Positions 57,808 through 64,000 of a DNA stretch of 64,000 nt are shown piece by piece. The DNA comes from Candidatus Omnitrophota bacterium (GTDB taxonomy: Bacteria > Ratteibacteria > UBA8468 > B48-G9 > JAFGKM01), in the NCBI GenBank assembly GCA_016928555.1, contig JAFGKM010000033.1:2509-66508 (forward strand), in the 5' to 3' direction. The notes beneath the pieces are model-generated. The model saw only the letters and a program-made list of their open reading frames with translations. It was not told where the DNA came from and did no database searches. Both the position numbers and the translations under genes were made by a program. The first letter of the stretch is position 1. The number at the start of each line of letters is the position of its first letter.

Positions 57808-58542
57808 ATGAGAAAGGGAATGGCTCTGGTTGAGATACTTGTCAGCGTGGCAATAATTTTTGCGCTGGGATTGATAACTCTTAGACTTGTGGCCTCCGTC
57901 GCGCAGAAATCAAAGTCGGTAGGCGCCCGGGCGCAGATAGCCCAGCTTGCGCTCCTGCTGGAATCCGTCAAGGATGATACGAGTTTATATCCGGTATTTC
58001 TGCAGAATTTGGCATCAACAGCGCCTCCTAATGATATGCAGAAAAAGGGGTGGCACGGTTTCTATACGGCCGAGGTGCCGCTTGATCCATGGGAAAATGC
58101 CTATTTTTATCAGATTCCGCCCACTACGGTATTACCTGCTACCAAGACTAAACCCAGAACGACACCGCCCTCTATTGAGTATATGCTTTTTGAGGCTTCG
58201 CCCGGCAAAGGAACATTGCTTATAACAAACTATGGAACGACTGCCAACCGCATCTGGTTGAACGGAATAGAAGTGGTGCACCCGAGCGAATTGAAGAACA
58301 ATCCCAAACCCCAGATTATAGAGAAGGAGGTAGACCTTCTTGCCGATAACGTCTTTGAGATAAGGCTTACAGGCGGCAAAAACGATTATCTTTTTGTGGA
58401 AGTTTCAGGCTTTATGCCTACGGATAAATACTTTATACTCGGCAGTTACGGAAAAGACGGGAAGGAAGGCGGCGAGGGGTATAACAAAGACATCACATGG
58501 CGTTCGGACACATATCCAAATTTCCAGCGAGGTGAGACATGA
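57808..58542 (+). CDS. GspG-like pseudopilin with a ~100-aa inserted domain
   Basis: MRKG|MALVEIL; W.G.Y, PLDPWENAYFY; SYGKDG.EGGEG..KDI separated from DPW motif by 106 aa. Confidence 0.8.
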   Translation: MRKGMALVEILVSVAIIFALGLITLRLVASVAQKSKSVGARAQIAQLALLLESVKDDTSLYPVFLQNLASTAPPNDMQKKGWHGFYTAEVPLDPWENAYFYQIPPTTVLPATKTKPRTTPPSIEYMLFEASPGKGTLLITNYGTTANRIWLNGIEVVHPSELKNNPKPQIIEKEVDLLADNVFEIRLTGGKNDYLFVEVSGFMPTDKYFILGSYGKDGKEGGEGYNKDITWRSDTYPNFQRGET

Positions 58543-58982
58543 AAAAATTCAGAAGAAGAAAGTATCTGATAAACAAGCCGCTTCAGTTTATATATTCGGG
58601 CATAACTATATACCTTCTGCTCATAGGGATAATAGTTGTCGGGATAGCGACCTATTACATAACCCTTGACACTATACTGAGCCAACTGGAGGCGCAGGGA
58701 GGATTACTGCAGGCATATGAGATAGTGCGCAGTATAAACGCGCTTATAGCAAAACGTGTCGGGATTCTCCTCTTGACGGTTATGGTTTTTGCTTTCGTCC
58801 TTGCGGTCTATTACCTTCACAGGATAGCCGGCCCTGTTTACAGGATTGAAAAGACCCTTAACGATATGGCGGAAGGACAAGAGGTAAGGCCTGTTGTGTT
58901 GAGGAAAAAAGATTTTTTCAAGTCTCTTGCGGAAACGTTGAATAAGGTGATAGAGGGGCAGAAGGGCAGTAAACGGCAGTAG
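58539..58982 (+). CDS. Two-TM membrane protein with HAMP-like C-terminus
   Basis: RR.YLI..PLQ, HRIAGPVYRIEKTL, LRKKDFF..LA. Confidence 0.75.
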   Translation: MKKFRRRKYLINKPLQFIYSGITIYLLLIGIIVVGIATYYITLDTILSQLEAQGGLLQAYEIVRSINALIAKRVGILLLTVMVFAFVLAVYYLHRIAGPVYRIEKTLNDMAEGQEVRPVVLRKKDFFKSLAETLNKVIEGQKGSKRQ

Positions 58983-58985
58983 CCT

Positions 58986-59303
58986 TTAATTATTCTCTAT
59001 GTCAGCCCAGAGTTTTTCCAGCCTGTAGTAAGTTCTCGCCTCGGGGATAAAGATGTGAACCATTATTTCGGCATAGTCAAGAAGAATCCATCTTCCGTTT
59101 TTTAATCCGTCTATTGAAACCGGGGTGTCGTAAAATTCGTCCAGCATGGATTCCGCGAGAGTTCTTGCATGGACGGGCGAGTTTCCTGAAACGATAATGA
59201 AGTAGTCGGTAATCCACGTCTGATTTCCGACAAAAAGTACCTTTATGTCTTCTCCCTTCCTGTCTTCCAGTATCCCCGTTATTTTCTTAATTTTTGCGTT
59301 AAT
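58986..59303 (-). CDS. rsfS: Ribosome silencing factor (Iojap/RsfS), apparent ATT start
   Basis: Hand translation: ILEDRKGEDI, TDYFIIVSGNS..HARTLAE, WILLDY..IMVHIF...R.YY.LEKLWAD; absent from the track because there is no ATG/GTG/TTG near the 5' end. Confidence 0.9.
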   Translation of the reverse strand: MNAKIKKITGILEDRKGEDIKVLFVGNQTWITDYFIIVSGNSPVHARTLAESMLDEFYDTPVSIDGLKNGRWILLDYAEIMVHIFIPEARTYYRLEKLWADIENN

Positions 59304-59507
59304 ATTATGCTCTCCCTTATTTAGATTTTACTATATTATTTTTGAAAAAGAAATATTTTTTGATTTTTTTTATTTGTTATATAATACAGATGAAAAAATA
59401 ATCGTTATTTTGACCGCGGAGATTTTTGATTGATTCCGGAGATTTAAATTCTTCCGGTTTTAACCGTCGCTCGCAATTTCTGCAACCAACGGTTTTACGG
59501 AAGCGGA

Positions 59508-59567
59508 TTGACGGCAAAAACAGCGCGGGTTACAATGTAACAAGTATATGATTGTAATTATTACAAT
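59508..59567 (+). promoter_or_regulatory. nrdDG promoter with two inverted repeats
   Basis: TTGACG-N17-TACAAT; GTTACA-A-TGTAAC (59529-59541) and ATTGTAAT-T-ATTACAAT (59551-59567). Confidence 0.6.
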
Positions 59568-59656
59568 GCAAGGGCTGGTATCTTTTAAAGCGATAAATCA
59601 AAGTCCATCATTATGAAAGAGATGCAGGGTAGAATTCAGGACAAGGAGGTGCCGGA

Positions 59657-61747
59657 ATGTTTGACAGGATAAAGAAAAGAAACGGCGATACAGTGAAGTT
59701 TGAAGCCCAGAAGATTACAAACGCCATCTATAAAGCCGGCCTTGCAACAGGCGAGTTTGAACTGGAAATTGCCAAAAAGCTTACCCTGCGGGTACTTGAC
59801 CTTTGCATTGACATAATAAGAGACAAAATACCTTCCGTTGAAGAAATTCAGGATATAGTTGAAGAAGTCCTGATAGCATCTCCCTATAAGAAGACCGCAA
59901 AAGCATACATCATCTACAGAGATCAGCATGCCAAGTTGAGAGAGATAACTACAAAGGCAAACCTCGACCTTGTAAACCAGTATCTTACAAAAGAGGACTG
60001 GCGGGTAAACGAAAACAGCAATATGAGTTTCTCCCTTCAGGGGCTGAACAATTACGTCTCTTCCGAAGTGACTAAAACCTACTGGCTGAACAGCATCTAT
60101 CCTCCCGAAGTCCGGATTGCATACATAAACGGGGACATTCACATACACGACCTCGGATGCCTTTCTGTTTACTGCGTCGGATGGGACTTGCAGGACCTCC
60201 TCACCGTCGGGTTCCGCGGGGCGCTCGGCAAGATTGAGAGCAATCCCGCAAAGCACTTCCGCACCGCGCTGGGGCAGATTGTTAATTTTTTCTATACCCT
60301 TCAGGGAGAGGCGGCGGGCGCCCAGGCCTTCTCAAATTTTGACACACTGCTGGCCCCCTTTATAAAGTACGACAGGCTGACTTATAAAGAAGTGAAGCAG
60401 GCGCTCCAGGAATTCCTTTTCAACGTCAACGTTCCCACCCGCGTCGGATTTCAAACTCCTTTCACGAATTTGACGATAGACCTGACTGTGCCGTCCATAT
60501 ACAAAGACCAGCCGGTTATCATAGGCGGCGAGCCCATGCGGGAAACCTACAGGGAATTTCAGAACGAGATGGATATGTTCAACAGGGCATTCCTTGAGGT
60601 GATGCTTGAGGGAGACGCAAAAGGGAGAGTTTTTACTTTTCCCATACCCACCTATAACATAACCAAGGATTTCGACTGGAACAATAAAAACATAGAACTC
60701 CTCTGGCAGGTGACGGCAAAATACGGGATTCCGTATTTCAGCAATTTCATCAACTCCGACATGAAGCCGGACGACGTAAGGAGCATGTGCTGCAGGCTTC
60801 GTCTGGATACCGTTGAACTTAGAAAGCGGGGAGGCGGGCTTTTCGGCGCCAATCCTCTGACAGGAAGCATAGGGGTTGTGACGATAAACATGCCCAAGAT
60901 AGGCTATCTTTCGGATTCGCAGGACGAGTTTCTTGAGAGGCTGGGCATACTTATGTCAGCCGCAAAAGAATCTCTTGAGATAAAAAGAAAGATTATAGAG
61001 AAACTGACGGATGAAAATCTTTATCCCTATTCCGCTTTTTACCTGCGAAACGTCAAACAGCGTTTCGGCAAATACTGGATGAACCATTTTGCGACGATAG
61101 GCCTTTCGGGGATGAACGAGGCCTGCATGAACCTGCTCGGCAAGGATATTGGCACCGAAGAGGGATTGCAGTTCAGCGTGAAGGCGATGAAGTTTATGCG
61201 CGAAAAACTTGTTGAATTCCAGGAGGAAACGGGCAATAACTACAATCTTGAAGCCACGCCCGCGGAGGGAACCAGTTACCGGCTTGCCAAGTCGGATAAA
61301 ATGAAATATCCCGATATTATCTGCGCAAACGAAGAAGATTACCGCAAGGGCGCGGAACCGTTTTATACCAACTCCTCGCAGCTTCCCGTAAATTACACGG
61401 AGGATGTTTTTGAATCCCTGGAACTGCAGGATGAACTCCAGACGCTGTACACGGGCGGAACGGTCATCCATCTTTTTACCGGCGAGCGGGTCGATACCAA
61501 CGAGGGAGTAAAAAAACTTGTCAAGGTTATCTGTGAAAAATTCAAGCTTCCTTATTTTACGATTACTCCGACTTTCTCGGTTTGCCCCGAACACGGATAT
61601 ATAAAAGGAGAGGTTTACCGGTGCGACAGATGCAGCAGGGAGACGGAGGTTTATTCAAGGATAGTCGGATATTTAAGGCCCGTCAACCAGTGGAATAAAG
61701 GCAAGGCCGCGGAGTTCAGGATAAGAAAAACGTATGTGCTTAAATGA
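59657..61747 (+). CDS. nrdD: Anaerobic (class III) ribonucleoside-triphosphate reductase with ATP cone
   Basis: IKKRNG ATP cone, IHIHDL, SMCCRL, EATPAEG, YSRIVGY glycyl radical motif. Confidence 0.96.
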   Translation: MFDRIKKRNGDTVKFEAQKITNAIYKAGLATGEFELEIAKKLTLRVLDLCIDIIRDKIPSVEEIQDIVEEVLIASPYKKTAKAYIIYRDQHAKLREITTKANLDLVNQYLTKEDWRVNENSNMSFSLQGLNNYVSSEVTKTYWLNSIYPPEVRIAYINGDIHIHDLGCLSVYCVGWDLQDLLTVGFRGALGKIESNPAKHFRTALGQIVNFFYTLQGEAAGAQAFSNFDTLLAPFIKYDRLTYKEVKQALQEFLFNVNVPTRVGFQTPFTNLTIDLTVPSIYKDQPVIIGGEPMRETYREFQNEMDMFNRAFLEVMLEGDAKGRVFTFPIPTYNITKDFDWNNKNIELLWQVTAKYGIPYFSNFINSDMKPDDVRSMCCRLRLDTVELRKRGGGLFGANPLTGSIGVVTINMPKIGYLSDSQDEFLERLGILMSAAKESLEIKRKIIEKLTDENLYPYSAFYLRNVKQRFGKYWMNHFATIGLSGMNEACMNLLGKDIGTEEGLQFSVKAMKFMREKLVEFQEETGNNYNLEATPAEGTSYRLAKSDKMKYPDIICANEEDYRKGAEPFYTNSSQLPVNYTEDVFESLELQDELQTLYTGGTVIHLFTGERVDTNEGVKKLVKVICEKFKLPYFTITPTFSVCPEHGYIKGEVYRCDRCSRETEVYSRIVGYLRPVNQWNKGKAAEFRIRKTYVLK

Positions 61748-61822
61748 AGGGATTGACCCCGGAGATTTTTGATTTAAACGCTGAAATCTCTGCCAAAATC
61801 ACCGTAATCTGATTATAGTATA

Positions 61823-62512
61823 ATGAAAATAGGCGGTTTGCAAAAAACTTCCCTTATAGACTTTCCCGGAAGAATAAGCTGTATAATCTTCGTGCAGGGA
61901 TGCAATCTGCGCTGTCCTTTCTGCCATAATCCCGAGCTTGTACTGCCCGAAAAATTTATGCCTCCCATGGATACCGCCGAGATAATCTCTTTCCTTGAGA
62001 GGAGAAAAAAATATCTTGAGGGCGCGGTTATCACAGGCGGAGAGCCCTGTTTTGACAGGGATTTTCCCGCCTTTGCAAAGAAGGTCAAGGAGATGGGATA
62101 TCTTGTAAAGCTTGATACCAACGGGACTTTTCCCGCAGTAATCAAAAAGGCAATTGAGGAAAAGATTGTTGATTACATAGCCATGGATATAAAAGGTCCG
62201 CCGGCCAAATACGGGGCGATTGCTGGTGTGAAAGTAAACATCAGAGATGTTGAGGCAAGCATTGCCTTGATAAAAAATTCAGGGTTAAAATATGAATTCA
62301 GAACCACGGTTGTAAAAGACCTTCTGGCGCCAAGCGATTTTGAAGATATAGGCGGGTTAATTAAAGGCGCAGGACTTTACTGCCTGCAAAAATTCGTTCC
62401 GTCCAAAGCCGTTTCTCCGAAAGGCCTTTCTTATAAGACATATTCAGATGAAGAATTTGAAGATATAAAGAAAATTATGTTAAAGTATGTAAAGGAGTGC
62501 CGTGTAAGATAA
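61823..62512 (+). CDS. nrdG: Anaerobic RNR activating enzyme (radical SAM)
   Basis: SLIDFPG, GCNLRCPFCHN, TGGEP, KLDTNG, YEFRTT; follows nrdD. Confidence 0.9.
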   Translation: MKIGGLQKTSLIDFPGRISCIIFVQGCNLRCPFCHNPELVLPEKFMPPMDTAEIISFLERRKKYLEGAVITGGEPCFDRDFPAFAKKVKEMGYLVKLDTNGTFPAVIKKAIEEKIVDYIAMDIKGPPAKYGAIAGVKVNIRDVEASIALIKNSGLKYEFRTTVVKDLLAPSDFEDIGGLIKGAGLYCLQKFVPSKAVSPKGLSYKTYSDEEFEDIKKIMLKYVKECRVR

Positions 62513-62559
62513 CGGATAAAAACATTTTTAAAAATCCCCTTAAAAACGAAAAAAACACA

Positions 62560-63729
62560 ATGAAAATCTGTCATGTAATTACCCGCCTTGTTGTCGGAGG
62601 CGCCCAGGAAAACACTATCTTTACCGTCAACGGGCTGAAGGAAAAAGGTTATGATGTAGACCTTGTAAGCGGCCCCACAACCGGTCCGGAAGGGTCCCTT
62701 GAAAAACAGGTAAACACGGAAAAAGGGATAAGCCTGATTATAGTAAAAGAACTGGTCAGGAACATAAATCCCGTTTATGACATAATATGCCTTTTCAAAC
62801 TCATTATCCTTTTCAGAAAAAAAAGATACGATATAGTTCATACCCACAGCGCCAAAGCCGGGATTCTGGGAAGGATTGCGGCAAAGATTGCCTGCAGGAA
62901 AACGGCAATAATACATACCGTCCACGGCCTTTCCTTCCATGAGTTTCAATCGCCTCTTCGCAATATCCTGTATATAACGGCAGAGAAGATTGCGGCGATA
63001 TTTACCGACCGGTTTATCTGCGTCGGCGGGGTAATGAAGGAAAAATCCTTAAGGGCGGGGATAGGCAGGGAAGGAGAGTATTCAATCGTATACAGCGGTT
63101 TTGACATACGCCCTTATGTAGAAGCGGACAGGCACAGAGAGTTTAAGAGAAAATCCCTCGGGATAAAAGATAATGAAAAAGTCATAGGGATGGTGGGGCG
63201 GCTGTACCATCTCAAAGGACAGGAATATCTTATGGAGGCGTTTGCGGAGGTCGTGAAAGAGCATCCCGATACGAAGCTTCTCATTGTGGGAGACGGGATA
63301 TTGAGAGCGGACCTTGAGGCGTTCGCAAAGGAGAACAACATTTCTCGGAAGGTTATTTTTACCGGCCTGGTGCCTCCCTCCGAAATCCCCGGTTTCATAT
63401 CCGCGATGGATATTCTTGTGCACACCAGTTTAAGGGAGGGCCTGCCGAAAGCCGTGGCGCAGGGTTTTGCGGGCGGAAGGCCTGTTCTTGCGTTTGACGT
63501 TGACGGGGCGAAAGAGCTGGTTGTCAACGATAAGACGGGGTATCTCATTCCGCCGAAAGATACGTCTTTGCTGACGGGAAAAATAAATTTCCTGTTGAAA
63601 AATCCCGGGATATCTTATAAAATGGGAGAGAATGGAAGGGATGTTGTATCAAATCTTTTTCCCGTTGAGAAGATGGTAGGCTCAATAGAAAAAATATATA
63701 TGGAATTGCTTGAGAAAAATGGCAGATAA
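62560..63729 (+). CDS. Glycosyltransferase family 4 (GT-B)
   Basis: ITRL..GGAQEN, VHTHSAKAG, HTVHG, KGQEYL, REGLP. Confidence 0.9.
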   Translation: MKICHVITRLVVGGAQENTIFTVNGLKEKGYDVDLVSGPTTGPEGSLEKQVNTEKGISLIIVKELVRNINPVYDIICLFKLIILFRKKRYDIVHTHSAKAGILGRIAAKIACRKTAIIHTVHGLSFHEFQSPLRNILYITAEKIAAIFTDRFICVGGVMKEKSLRAGIGREGEYSIVYSGFDIRPYVEADRHREFKRKSLGIKDNEKVIGMVGRLYHLKGQEYLMEAFAEVVKEHPDTKLLIVGDGILRADLEAFAKENNISRKVIFTGLVPPSEIPGFISAMDILVHTSLREGLPKAVAQGFAGGRPVLAFDVDGAKELVVNDKTGYLIPPKDTSLLTGKINFLLKNPGISYKMGENGRDVVSNLFPVEKMVGSIEKIYMELLEKNGR

Positions 63730-64000
63730 AAACAATTGCGATTATATTGAAATTGAAAGAAGAGCGGGCAGTCTTGAATGCATATCCGATTTTATTCAGG
63801 AGCGCAGCTTATCAATAAAATTGGGATTCAGGAGGACCTGGGAATTGATGCTTGTCATTGACGAAATATGTTCAAACATACTTTCAAATTCAATGTCTTC
63901 CGACAACACGCTCAAGATAATCTGGAGGTATGACGGAAATAACTGCGTTACGGTTGAAATCCTTGACAGGGGATTCCCGTATAATCCGCTGAATCCGTCG
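63719..64000 (+). CDS. RsbW-like anti-sigma factor / HATPase_c protein, partial
   Basis: Hand translation MADKNNCDYIEI...LVIDEICSNI...VEILDRGFPYNP; runs off the window, so absent from the track. Confidence 0.8.
   Translation, partial: MADKNNCDYIEIERRAGSLECISDFIQERSLSIKLGFRRTWELMLVIDEICSNILSNSMSSDNTLKIIWRYDGNNCVTVEILDRGFPYNPLNPS

Noticed and set aside
59432-59480. Further RPE-like copy (GATTCC...CTCGCAAT)
   Set aside because: Too degenerate; only a short CTCGCAAT match.
59539-59556. NrdR box upstream of nrdD
   Set aside because: ACAAGTATATGATTGT is palindrome-like but mismatches several conserved NrdR positions; not called.

Overview
Bacterial chromosomal window with no phage, integrase, transposase or CRISPR array visible. 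The gene content (DUF1559 prepilin-like proteins, GuaB3, dispersed pseudopilins, many uncharacterised glycoside-hydrolase-like proteins) suggests a PVC-affiliated anaerobe such as Omnitrophota/Ratteibacteria; this is inference only. 1-19 kb is an accessory carbohydrate locus. It holds a duplicated module of DUF1559 pilin, terminator-like hairpin and exported GH42-like protein, plus a third GH42-like paralog, a GH130, a clan GH-D enzyme, two large hypothetical GH-like proteins and a small membrane-anchored CxxC protein, with consensus sigma70 promoters sharing a LacI-like operator motif. 19.0-21.1 kb is a repeat-rich junction with two toxin-antitoxin pairs. The first is DUF6922/AbiEii with a D-to-N change in the catalytic motif; the second is a MazEF-like pair translationally coupled to gltX. 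21-64 kb is mostly housekeeping: gltX, cysS, serA, surA-pdxA-rsmA, guaB3, dnaE, mtnA, tRNA-Val(CAC), suhB, agmatinase/arginine decarboxylase, PMM/PGM, rsfS, nrdDG, and T2SS/T4P-like pseudopilins with a GspE-like ATPase. At least five families of small palindromic repeats occupy the intergenic spaces; some are nested in one another and two sit in frame inside prepilin leader peptides. Three real genes are missing from the supplied ORF track: the GH42-like paralog at 1-2309, rsfS (apparent ATT start) and an RsbW-like gene at the right edge. All family assignments come from motif recognition by eye; no database search was run.
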